From Octopus sinensis (lineage: Eukaryota): a stretch of 64,000 nt of DNA. The position numbers were made by a program, and so were the translations under genes. Position 1 is the stretch's first letter. Each line of letters begins with the position of its first letter. A model generated the notes under the pieces. The model did not search any database and was not told the DNA's origin. It was given only the letters and a program-made list of their open reading frames with translations. Below, one piece after another: positions 51,631-64,000 of the stretch. Where the stretch lies: contig NC_043005.1 of assembly GCF_006345805.1 (NCBI RefSeq), positions 11,842,001 through 11,906,000 on the forward strand. The letters are read 5' to 3'.

Positions 51631-54089
51631 TAGCGACTTAGATATAAGAAGAATAATAAAAAATTCACAATATAAAAATAGGAAGACACAGATTATCAGG
51701 TTTATGTCAACTTTTAACATTGATTTTAGTCTTATATGTACCTGGACAGTCTAGGCCAATGAAAAATGTATCTCTGAGACGTACAAAAAAAAAAGGTAAA
51801 AAGTGATTATCGAAGTAAAATTCTAGGCTCGAAAGAAACTACCGCTGGTCTGAGGAAGCAAAATAGTAATTACAGCCAGCTAACAACTTAATGTTTGAGT
51901 ACTATGTGAAAAAGGAGAGGATTGACGTTTTGTTCAGGGTTCATCATCCGATGAAAGCTCTGACAGAATGGCAACTCATTTCTCATTTAAAATGCAAATC
52001 AATTTAACTTTGTCGACAATTAGTTAATGTTAGTTCAATTTGTATTGATAAAATCAGAATTCACGTGCTTTTGATGCAACCAAATTAATGGCCTTATGAG
52101 TAAACTAAATCAACGATCTAATGGAATCTTCACCAACACCAATTCATTTCCACTCAATGTCGGATTCAACACGAATAATTGGTCTATTGACAATATACAA
52201 TCCACAAATATTGTCGAAAATAACTGAACAGCGCTAACAGAGAACACACAAAAGTAGACGAACGTAGTCTACTAGTTCTTTCAGATCTAGAGATAAATTA
52301 AAAACAATCAATTTTATGCCAGTATGCCAAGAAACAGAAAAAGAATAAAAATTACATTATCGCCAGAACTTGGTTTACAGTTCGGACAGCAATAGCATCC
52401 ACTAATAGATAAAAATGCTACGATCTTTATCGGGTTGTGAAATATAACATACGATGCACTCATTAAAAATTAAATAAACGCAATAAACATTTCTTAAAGT
52501 GAGACAGAAATAAAGTACAAATTTCACGTAATAAAAACATCACATTGTATAGTTCTGTGTTATATGTAATACAGTGATATAACATACCACTACTTCTCCT
52601 CCATATTTCCTTCACCGAGAACATTCTATCTGAAAGACAAGCAACTTCGACTGAAGAAACTCATCTCTTAATACCGACTGGCACTGTATGCGTTTGATGC
52701 TCGTAAAACCATCAATGCCTGAGGAAATATGATCAAAGAAAATAATGGAATAATTGCCATTGTGTTACTCAAACGTGTATCTAGAGATGTTCTAGCATTA
52801 ATGCTGATACTCAGGTCTTCTCTCGTATGCTGCAACCTTTCATATTTCTATTGATAGTGATTAAATATTGTTAACATTTAAATTTTGATGATCCAGTATT
52901 GCACATTTAATGAAGCATATGTCTTTTGGAAAAACAAAATGGCAAATGGTTCTAATAGTATGCACATTCACAAATTTACACATCTGCATATGTAAACATG
53001 CTACAGGCACACACAGTGTTTTATAATGCGTATGCATATATCTGAATGTGTTTATATAAATCAATAAATATATATACATATATACAGGTAAGTGCGCGCA
53101 CGCAAAGAGAAAAGAGAAAATTGACTAAAAAGGAGAAGTGACTGCAATTATATATGCTTATAGATGTATACATACCTATGTAAAATTGCGCGTATACACA
53201 CGTATTCACGTACGTATGTATATTAATAATTATTTTATGCATTGCGTTAACATCACCTTATATAGAATTATATCGATCTTTACATCGGTGGAGAAGATTA
53301 AAGCAGAGATATACATGATGATAAAGAAGAAGAGAGAAGAGGTGGATATATTATGCAAGGAGACGTAATGTATTTGGCTAACGGTTTTTAAATGATAAAT
53401 AACGTAAGGTAGAAGAGGTAGTGGGATATGACTCGATACACGTTGAACTAAAAGACGTTAAAAAAAATTCTAATATTACCATAGATAGAAAGTCCACCTA
53501 ATCTAGTTATGTTTTCAAACTGACAGTATTGTAATGTTGGTTGTAATTTTCACTTCTGTTGAGAACTAACAGGTGCATTGCAATTGTTATAGCCATTTTC
53601 CAAGTCTGTACGCACTCTCTTCTCTTTTTAATTTTAGTTATTCGCCATTTTCTTTGCTAGTTCATTCCACATGAACTATATACGAGATACTTGTTTAATA
53701 CTATCTATTCGTGCTGCACGAATTTGGGGTGTATGTGAATCTATCAATCTATCCATCTACACGATATGTGTGTGTGTTTTCCATTGTGTATTCGTGTAAA
53801 TATGAGCATGCACACATGTGTATACTGATATATATATATATATATATATATCCATCTGTATTAAATCGATAATCAAAAAGAGAAGTCCATGCATATCCAC
53901 TCATGCAAGCAAAAGAACTTTTGGGAGTAAAAGATGAGTGCGTGGTTAGATATACATACATACATACATACATACATACATACATACATACGTACATACA
54001 TATATATTTAAATATATTTATATATATATGTATATATATATATACGAAGAAATACATGTAAAACTTTACACACAAACACACACACACAG

Positions 54090-54131
<42 letters not shown>

Positions 54132-54164
54132 ATATATATACATATGTATATATATATATATATA

Positions 54165-54226
<62 letters not shown>

Positions 54227-54244
54227 CATATGTATATATATATA

Positions 54245-54300
<56 letters not shown>

Positions 54301-54756
54301 GTATACAATACAGTGTACATTTAAACACATAAGGAATCCACTCATGGGATTCAACACGCTAGAAAGAACAGCTACGTTCCATAACCACAAAAATTAAGGA
54401 TAAAATTCGGCAGGAATAAAATGAAAAAATAAAAACATTTTAACATCTAATTTCCTGGACCGATTGGTTTCTGGTTTTAGTTTAGCAAGTAAATAACTTA
54501 TACTCGCGAGCTGAAATCGTTTTCAACAGGGACACCTTAGATTAAGTATATAAACACGAGGCGATCATCTATGTGCCTCTTGTTTATACATCCTAATCTT
54601 TTCAAAATCTACTGCTCAGGCGTGTGGTTTCCTTATGTGTTTAAATGTACACTGTATTTCATGACTAATACATAGTCTTTGGACTAAATTTTTTACACGC
54701 TAGGCCTCTGTAAAGGAAAAGTTTTATAAATTTCCATTTCCCTTCGATATGATTAG

Positions 54757-54789
<33 letters not shown>

Positions 54790-56232
54790 CATATTATATA
54801 TATATGTATATGTGTGTGTATGTATGTGTGTGTAAGTATGTATGTATGTATGTATGTATGTATGTATGTATGTATGTATGTATGTATATATATATGTATG
54901 TATGTATTTATGCATGCATGCATGCAGGTATGTGTATGCACACATACGTGATTTAAATATGAGTTCATCATCATTATTACGCGATTCACCAGTTCGAAAA
55001 AGATGTGCATGATTACATAACTGAATGTATATGTGTGTGTGTGTATTTATAAGCAAACGTTACATATATAACTTGTACATATGTATTCACACCCATCTGC
55101 ATACGTATGTGTGAATGTATAGGCATACATGCACATATGTGTAAATGTCAATGTTATAATTCATAATGTTTTACTAAAAAGCGTTGATTTCTCTTTTGTT
55201 GATATTTTGAAATACTTTATTAAACGGCAGTCCTAACAAATTTTGTTTATCATCTGCTACTAATATTAATATGGTGTAAACCTTTTTAAAATGAGAATAA
55301 CATTTAAATTACAGATGTGAAAAATGTAAATGATATTAAAAATTAAAATAATATAACATAAAATTATATCTATACAGCTATGGATTAAGTTCTATGAAAT
55401 ATCAGAATTCTTGTGCTGTATGAAAGATACATATTAACAATATAAATATATTAATGATACTTTATAAGCACTGACTGGAGAAGATATGATGTGCTCTGGA
55501 ATAGTGGAAGTATATGGTTCAATTCTCGTGAACGACTTTTATACATTTCTTCTCTTCTGATTTGTGCTTATAATGCATTATATTAGATCCAGTGTTTATA
55601 TAATTGTAGCCTTCATACGGTGAATATGAAGGAAAAATCTATTGACTGTATAAAAAAAAAATCAATTTATACTGGTAATATTTGCTCAGCCCATCCAATG
55701 ATAAAAATTGACTTGTAAATAAATTATTAGTTTTACAGTAAACAAGCAGGCTAACATAATTGTATGCTAACTAAAGAGAGGCAAAACTTTGATTAGGTTT
55801 GCTATGTACTCAAAGACACTTCTAAAAGTCATATACTTAAATATTCATACATATAAAAGCACAGTCATACGCAGCATGTTACACATATTATTCAAATTTA
55901 AAATCCAAACACTCATGGAATATAAGCAATTATTTTATATCCGAGTATATACCTTGTAGCATGGTATTTAAAGCCCATTCATGTACGAATATTTGTCCAC
56001 TAGTGCCTGACATATACGCGTGCACAAACGTTTGGCATGCATGAATGGGTGTATGAGCCAGTGTATATTCTCACATTTGTGTGGAAACGTATGAGTACGT
56101 CCTTGTATGTATGGTAAAACAAATACGCTTGAGTGTACGCGTTTATCTCCTGTGCGTGTGAGGTAGACTTTTTCAGAGGCGGTCCCCAGCGTGGCCCCAG
56201 CCTCTGCCACAAGCCATTACAAGATTATATAT

Positions 56233-56442
56233 ACTCTTTTACTCTTTTACTTGTTTCAGTCATTTGACTGCGGCCATGCTAGAGCACCGCCTTGAGTCGA
56301 GCAAATCAACCCCGGGACTTATTCTTTGTAAGCCCAGTACTTATTCTATCGGTCCCTTTTGCCGAACCGCTAAGTGACGGGGACGTAAACACACCACCAT
56401 CGGTTGTCAAGCGATGGTGGGGGGACAAACACAGACACACAA

Positions 56443-56473
<31 letters not shown>

Positions 56474-56646
56474 CATATATACGACAGGCTTCTTTCAGTT
56501 TCCGTTTACCAAATCCACTCACAAGGCATTGGTCGGCCCGAGGCTATAGCAGAAGACACTTACCCAAGATGCCACGCAGTGGGACTGAACCCGGAACCAT
56601 GTGGTTGGTTAGCAAGCTATTTACCACACAGCCATTCCTGCGCCTG
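56233..56646 (-). mobile_element. Full-length young family-C SINE
   Basis: Near-identical reverse complement of 58855-59274. Confidence 0.92.
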
Positions 56647-56663
56647 GAGTGTATATATGTATG

Positions 56664-56694
<31 letters not shown>

Positions 56695-56712
56695 ATGTGT
56701 GTGTGAGCGTGC

Positions 56713-56751
<39 letters not shown>

Positions 56752-57284
56752 ACTATATTAAAAAATCTATGTAAAGGGCCGGATAGAAACATCATAGTAT
56801 TCAAACAAGTATGCACAAGCAAACACGCATACAACAATGTCACTAACGGCTGCAGCAACAACAAAACGAACAACAACAACAACGGCCACGATGGTAGCGG
56901 GGTGAACGAACACATAAGACACAGAGGGATACAAGAACAGTATCAAAAGTAAGGGTCAAGCGCAGCAGAAGCAGCAGCACATATAGATAAAGACACAGCC
57001 GCATGCGCAGATAAGGAAATACATCATAGAAGGGCAGAATGGATTAGGCAGAGCAGAAGGAAATACGTGGAAGGAAAGTGTAGCTCTCCAAAATCTTCAC
57101 GCAAATTCAACATGAGGTGGATATAGTTGTCTTCAAAACAAAAATGGATTGCCCTTGTCAAGTGTTCCGGACCAACCCACCTCGCGGTAGGTAACACAGA
57201 TGAGGGTAGCAACATCAACCTCACTCATTCACCAAATTCCACATATTAGGGAAAGTTTTCGAGTTATAGAGTAAACATGCCAGA

Positions 57285-57565
57285 TCCACTGGCAGTGTGC
57301 ACCATGGAAGAACAGTGATCAATGATCCGACTTCTGTCGTCTGAATGTGTGGCATGGGCTGAAATTCATCATGTAGAAGTGTGTATGAGGGGATCGAGAA
57401 CTTTAAAAATGGACGGAAAAGCGTGAAGTACGAAGTGGGGGCTGGACGTCTATCAACCAACCATCACTGACGTGAAGATTCAACTATGTTGAAGGATAGT
57501 TCTGGTAAACCGACAAGTGACGATCGAGGATGTGGCTTGTTCTCTGCAAATTAGTCATTGTTCTG
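57285..57565 (+). mobile_element. Mariner transposase N-terminal remnant
   Basis: EEQ*SMIRLLSSE..AEIH..VYEGIENFKNGRKSV...NRQVTIEDVACSLQISH. Confidence 0.75.
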
Positions 57566-57569
57566 CACT

Positions 57570-58330
57570 ATCTGCTTCTGTATACTGATGACAATGTTGT
57601 GTAACATTCAATGCCAGTGTATTGTACAAGTTCTTCTAGGCTTTTCCAGCCTTTGTTATAGAGTAGAGTCTCAACTTTTTCAGCTTCTCTCACTAGGTGA
57701 TATGTCGCATTGAGACGACCTCCGTTGTGTAGCTTCACTGGATTGTTTCGAAATCCACCGTTAATTTTACACTGTGATGTGTGGCCATAGTTGGTAGCCG
57801 TAGTCTAAACGGCTGAGGGCAAATGTCTTCCAGTGGACCACTATGGTTTTCTGTTCTCTAGTTCTGAAAGTTCGAAGGATCCACCCGGCCAACTGCCTGC
57901 ATTTTATTGCCAACTCAATAATATGCACCTAAAGAGAGGCACCACTACTCATGTCAATTCCAAAGTCGCACATTGATTTTGATAGAGTGTTTGCAATCCC
58001 TTCTATGCTAGTGTATCCAGTCTGCATTTAATTTAGCTTCGTGTGCTGGTGGCGCAGGGATTCGAATTTTCCACCATTAAAATGCATGTTGTCCTCAGCT
58101 CAAATGTATATTGCGCCCAACTCCTGTTCCAGTGCGCAACATTTTCAGGGTTCTGTATCTTAAAAAGAAAATCTTTTGTGAGCATCTGAGCAGATCAGGG
58201 TATTTCTGAAAGGGTGACTATGACTATAGCAGTGGCCCCCAAAAAGTTCCCTTTGGGACACCACTCATTATTTGACTTTCATTGGAGGTAGCCCAAATGG
58301 CTCTGTAGCCTTTCTCTCCAAGTTTTCCGT
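57570..58330 (-). mobile_element. CR1-clade LINE RT/C-terminal remnant
   Basis: SQIMSGVPKGTFWGPLL; RTFRTRE..VHWKTFALSRLDYGYQLW. Confidence 0.75.
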
Positions 58331-58854
58331 CTATGCCGAGATTGCGCAGGTTGTGATTTGTCATACCATATGTGTGTGTGCGTGCGTGCGAGTGTATATG
58401 TGCATGTATGTGTGTGTATGTGTGTGTGTGTGTGTGCATGGGGCTGCGTGTGTACATGCACTCATACAACATAAACATATCTAAGTACTCATCAATGCGC
58501 ATGTGCTTGTGTACGTTTGTATAATAATCTACGTAAATGTAGTATTTCCACTATCATTCACTTTTCTCTTTCGCCCTGAATTTCATCCTTCTTTTCACAT
58601 AAACATTCTACGTACAAATATCCGTATTCGCTGCGTTGTTGCTAATTCTGTCTTTCACAGTATGCTATTCTTTTGTGTCTCCTAATTGAGATGCCTAGGC
58701 TATACGAATGATTATATTTGTGCAAATAACATCTCACACTGTGTGTTATAGCACTTACATTGATGCTGATGACTACGATGTTATTCACGTAAATGTATCT
58801 ATCAATCAATTGATATCTATCCATTTCTATATATATATATATATATATATATGT

Positions 58855-59274
58855 AGGCGCAGGAGTGGCTGTGTGGTAAGTAGCTTGCTAACCAGCCACA
58901 TGGTTCCGGGTTCAGTCCCACTGCGCGGCATCTTGGGCAAGTGTCTTCTGCTATAGCCCCGGGCCAACCAATGCCTTATGAGTGGATTTGGTAGACGGAA
59001 ACTGAAAGAAGCCTGTCGTATATATGTATATATATGTATGTATGTATGTGTGTGTATATGTTTGTGTGTCTGTGTTTGTCCCTCTAGCATTGCTTGACAA
59101 CCGATGCTGATGTGTTTACGTCCCCCGTCACTTAGCGGTTCGGCAAAAGGGACCGATAGAATAAGTACTGGGCTTACAAAAGAATAAGTCCCGGGGTCGA
59201 GTTGCTCGATTAAAAGGCGGTGCTCCAGCATGGCCGCAGTCAAATGACTGAAACAAGTAAAAGAGTAAAAGAGT
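58855..59274 (+). mobile_element. Full-length young family-C SINE
   Basis: Complete head, domain and tail AAGTAAAAGAGTAAAAGAGTA. Confidence 0.93.
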
Positions 59275-59628
59275 ATATATTCACGTCTCTATCTGCCTGT
59301 CTATCTATTTATATATGTCTATCCATTTAATCATTTCTCTCTCACATTTGATTCCCAACACTAATTACTTCTATGACATTTTACATCTAATTATTTCTTT
59401 GTATAACAGTGCTCACTTGCTTTCATTATTTTATCACAGTCATCATCTCTCTTTTTTTAAACAAACATCACAGCAGTCCAACAACAGAAGGAGGAGCGCA
59501 GTTTGTAAAGTTTTACCTTCTCCTCGAAATGATGGGGTTGGTGGGGGGTGGGGGGTGGGGGGAATCTTTGCATGAAAATATGTTTTGAAAACATATATTT
59601 TACACCACCTTCCCTCATTACCCCAATC

Positions 59629-59771
59629 CCGATCTATTTTGGCCAATTTCTTTGCACTTAAAAATAATGGGAAGAACATTTTCGGTAACAAAAAAAAAAA
59701 GAATTGTTAATATTTTCAGAGGGAAAAGTGAGTGATTTAAGGGCGGTTTGGCTGTTGTTTCTAGCACATCC
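59629..59771 (-). mobile_element. Old interspersed repeat; inverted homolog at 60244-60730
   Basis: GTGCTAGAAACAACAGC.AAAC..CCCTT.AA..CTCAC.TTT.CCTCTGAA.ATATT shared in opposite orientation. Confidence 0.65.
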
Positions 59772-60313
59772 AAAGACAACCGTCCTCGTTTCTTTATCAC
59801 TCTCGCATGTATTAATGTTTTTCAATATTTTCCCCCATAAACATATTAATAGGCTATAAAAAAGAAAATTTGAGAATTTATGAACTTTTTGCAGCCCAAC
59901 TCCCAGCCCCCGATAGTTTCTGTTTAGAAATTCAAACACCGGGGAGCCTGAGAAAGTCCTTGCGGGCATTTATCCACAGTGATTTAAAAAAAGGAGTTAT
60001 GTAAACGATAATTTAATTTAATAGCATACTTTTCGGTTAGAAAATATTTCTCTTACACATACACGGCTTCGCTTGATTGAGGTGTGGGTAAAAATTTAGA
60101 TTACAAATTATTTTCTGGCTTATATTCCACCAATGGACAACGAGTGTTTTACTTCGACATCATCATCCTATAAAATGTATTTAATGGGAGAAAAATATAG
60201 ACAAAACGTCAATACATGTGAGAATGAAAAGGGAGGAGGGTCTGGGTTGTGCTAGAAACAACAGCGAAACATCCCTTGAATTGCTCACCTTTTCCTCTGA
60301 AGATATTTACTCT

Positions 60314-60635
60314 TATTTCTTTACTGCCCACAAGGGGCTAAACACAGAGGGGACAAACAAGGACAGACAAACGGATTAAGTCGATTAGATCGATCCCAGT
60401 AACTGGTACTTAATTTATCGACCCCGAAAGGATGAAAGGCAAAGTCGACCTCGAGGGAATTTGAACTGCCATTACGTTCTGAGTTCAAATTCCTCCGAGG
60501 TCGACTTTGCCTTTCATCCTTTCGGGGTCGATAAATTAAGTACCAGTTACTGGGATCGATCTAATCGACTTAATCCGTTTGTCTGTCCTTGTTTGTCCCC
60601 TCTGTGTTTAGCCCCTTGTGGGCAGTAAAGAAATA
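60314..60635. mobile_element. Head-to-head dimer of family-A SINE bodies (154-bp inverted arms, 14-bp spacer) with 12-bp TSD
   Basis: GATATTTACTCT at 60302-60313 and 60636-60647; arms at 60314-60467 and 60482-60635. Confidence 0.92.
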
Positions 60636-61220
60636 GATATTTACTCTTGGTCTTTTTCTTTTGTTTTCTTTTTTACCGGAAATGTTCCTCTCGGGGATTT
60701 TAATTTAAAAAAGAAAATGGCCAAAATCCGGAGAGTTATTATTGTAAGGCTTATACCATTGCAACAGCCGTACAACAAAATCACTTTAAAATATTTTGAC
60801 AAAAATTATTCGGGTATTTAAAAAAAATCACATTCAGTAAATAATGATTGTGCATTACGTATGCATTAATAAAATAAATTGTCGGTTTTCCAAACAGCGA
60901 ATTAAAACTAGAAAACAAAACATTGAAAGAGAAAGTGAGAGACTATGTAACTGAAAATGGAATACTCCGCAGTGAATGTAATGAATATTTAAATTTGCGA
61001 AGAATTGGGCGCCATGAATGCAATGAATATTTAAATTTGCGAGAACTTGCAGTTAGAAAATTCAATAAACTTGGCAAATAGAAATTATGGAAAATTTCTT
61101 TGAACACTAATTTATAAAAATATTTCCAGACGGTCAGCCCTTTAATAATTGCTTCGTTTTAGTACTTTTAGTAACTGGTGCACTCCTAATTGTAAGCAGC
61201 TTTCTCCATTATAGTGTATG

Positions 61221-61349
<129 letters not shown>

Positions 61350-61944
61350 CATATATATATATATACATATATATAGAGAGAGAAAGAGAGAGCGCGAGAT
61401 AGGTAGATATATAGAGTGATAGATGAATAGATAGATAGCTATATGTATGTGCATGTCCATTTATTTATATATTGACCAATGTATCGGCATCTTACGGATA
61501 TATATATATATATATATATATTATCGGTGATGTAAAAAAAAATATATATAACGTGTAAGATATAAGACTTATATTATTTATATATATATATGAGTATGAA
61601 TGCGTGTGTGAGAGAGAAAGAGAGAGAGTGTGTGTGTGCATGTGTGCGTGTGAGTGTGTGTGCATGTATGTGTGTGTTTTGCGTGTACATTTACACACAT
61701 GCCGATGAATCTCGGTCAGAGCTTCCGAACGAGAATATGATTTCAATTAATGAAAGTGCATTGTGAAGCAATAACACACACACACACACGGATGCACAAC
61801 CACCCTCACACATATATGTACACACATAATATATATATACGTGTGTGTGTGTGCATACGGGCACTTACACGCCCGGAGACACACAACTCGCACATTACAT
61901 ATATATAATTATATAGTTAGATAATTGTATATAGCTAGCTAGCT

Positions 61945-62070
<126 letters not shown>

Positions 62071-62383
62071 TTAAGTATGTATGATTCAGTATATAATGCT
62101 GATAGTAAATGATCCTAGAATTCTTCCATCACACAATACAGATAACGATGTGTCTATGATTATCATTTAATATACTGCATCCACTTTGTATTTCTGTAAC
62201 TTTAATTGCCCTTCTAATCACAATATTTTCGTAGCTGCTACTAGTTTCGTATATTTAGCTTAAATTTCTTATTGAGAACTTTAGCGAGGAGTGATTTTTA
62301 TATGAAATAACATATGCAGTAACATCAAATGTATGCATTATATATATGGACGTAGTGTTGGATATATATATTGATGCACACAT

Positions 62384-62415
<32 letters not shown>

Positions 62416-62841
62416 CACTGTATTATAATATATCATAATATATATTCTACGATTTGAAGCGACAGTTTTTACATATAAATGGCAGAAAATGATGAACTAA
62501 CACTAGGTTGTTTACAAATATTATATATGTATATATATATATAATATATATATATATGGGTTTGTGTGACTGCGCATATATATACATATACGCATATATG
62601 TATATATATATGTGTGTGTGTTTATGCATAGATATGGTTTTTCGTATAAGCATATATACATATATATATATAATTTAAATGTAGAGATATTACATTGACA
62701 AGCCACTAATTTATTTATATTACAACAGTACATTAAATGCTATGAATACAATATAACATACCATAATAATATATAACATAAAGAATTAATTATATAATCT
62801 ATAAAAGGCCAACATCATATATATATATATATATATATATA

Positions 62842-63025
62842 TCAACATCACAATCAAGGAACGGCCATAATAGGCCATTCACCCACTAGTGGGTGAATGG
62901 CCTATTATGGCCGTTCCTTGATTGTGATGTTGAACTTAAAGATGGTCTATGACTATTTAATTTTTTCCCACTAGGCCGCTGGTGGCAAAAAAATTCTACA
63001 AAATTTTTTGCCACCCTATATTGAT

Positions 63026-63029
<4 letters not shown>
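62842..63029 (-). mobile_element. Solo fragment of the 491-bp array unit terminus with a 92-bp perfect fold-back, inside (TA)n
   Basis: Minus strand TTTAATCAATATAGGGTGGC...CACCCACTAG equals unit positions 1 to ~145; palindrome at 62842-62933. Confidence 0.95.
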
Positions 63030-63071
<42 letters not shown>

Positions 63072-63464
63072 ATATATATATATCGTTTAAACATATATAT
63101 ATGTTTAAGACCGGGAGTGATGAAGTGAATGAGGATAATAGAAGTGGTGAGAGGGAAATGGTGAATAGGAATCTAGAAACATGTTGTGCAGATGAATGCC
63201 GAAAGGATACAATTGTTTGCAGTTGTAACTACGAGTTTTATGAAGCATAAAACTGCATGTGAAGATATCGCTGTATTTATTCATATAACATTTAGGTACA
63301 ACTTGAAATCATATATAACAGGTGGAGTAAAAATGATAAAGCACGACTACAGCAACTACAAGAATAGCATGTTCCTTTTTCAGTATTTGCCCATTATTTA
63401 ATATTGAGATTATTTGCCATGAAACGAGAATCATTAATACTTCTTATAATAATCCTTTCTACTA

Positions 63465-63665
63465 TTGGTACAAGGCCTGATATTTTGGAGCAAGGGGGCC
63501 AGTCGATTACATCGACCACTGTGTTTGCCTGGTACTTAATTTACGATTCCCGAAAGGATGAATTGCAAAGTCCACCTAGGCAGAATTTGAACTTAGAACG
63601 TATACACGACGAAATGCCGCTAAGAATTTTGCTCGGCGTGCTAAAGATTCTGACAGCTCACCGCC
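63465..63665 (-). mobile_element. Degenerate family-B SINE
   Basis: TACAAGGCC...CCGAAAGGATGAA..GCAAAGTC.ACC...GCTCGGCGTGCTAA. Confidence 0.75.
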
Positions 63666-63667
63666 TG

Positions 63668-63696
63668 ATTACTACTACTACTACTACTACTAATAC

Positions 63697-63755
<59 letters not shown>

Positions 63756-63775
63756 GTAAAATAATAATAATAATA

Positions 63776-63813
<38 letters not shown>

Positions 63814-63905
63814 TAATATTATTATAAGAAGACGAGGTAGAATGAGAGGAAGAAGAAGAAGAAGAAGAAGAAGAAGAAGAACAACAACAACAACAACAAC
63901 ACGAC
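63668..63905. repeat. Compound triplet microsatellite (ACT)(AAT)(ATT)(AGA)(ACA)
   Basis: Direct reading; explains ORFs 63404-63967, 63641-64000 and 63658-63939. Confidence 0.95.
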
Positions 63906-64000
63906 AGCAGACAGTATGTGGACGAAAACAAGTTAGCAAATGTTTGGAGGGATATGCTCAGAAATAAAAGACTCACAGATTGTGGAATAACTGCGATCAA

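Noticed and set aside
60975-61050. ~40-bp tandem duplication (GAATG.AATGAATATTTAAATTTGCGA)
   Set aside because: Two copies only; ordinary slippage.
63404-63967. 187-aa ORF with a signal-peptide-like start
   Set aside because: It consists of an antisense SINE plus triplet repeats.

Overview
AT-rich, microsatellite-dense, repeat-dominated eukaryotic DNA. The tRNA-derived SINE families and the overall style point to a coleoid cephalopod, most likely Octopus; this is inference from sequence recognition, not a search. No host protein-coding gene, rRNA or CRISPR array can be supported. The listed ORFs are microsatellite artefacts, SINE read-throughs or decayed transposon fragments. The window holds many SINE copies, Tc1/mariner remnants, non-LTR retrotransposon remnants (R4/Dong-like, CRE-like, HERO/NeSL-like, RTE, CR1/L2) and Penelope-like ends. 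The most notable structures are five. (1) A ~3 kb head-to-tail array of a ~491-bp unit inside a (TA)n tract; the same terminus recurs 48 kb away as a perfect fold-back. (2) Minimal hammerhead-ribozyme-like motifs in three repeat families, one a young ~200-bp element that ends against TA runs. (3) A head-to-head SINE dimer with a single 12-bp target-site duplication. (4) An R4-like element with twin-priming-type 5' inversion geometry. (5) A 416-bp near-perfect palindrome inserted in a SINE's internal (TA)n. Coordinates of decayed elements are approximate.
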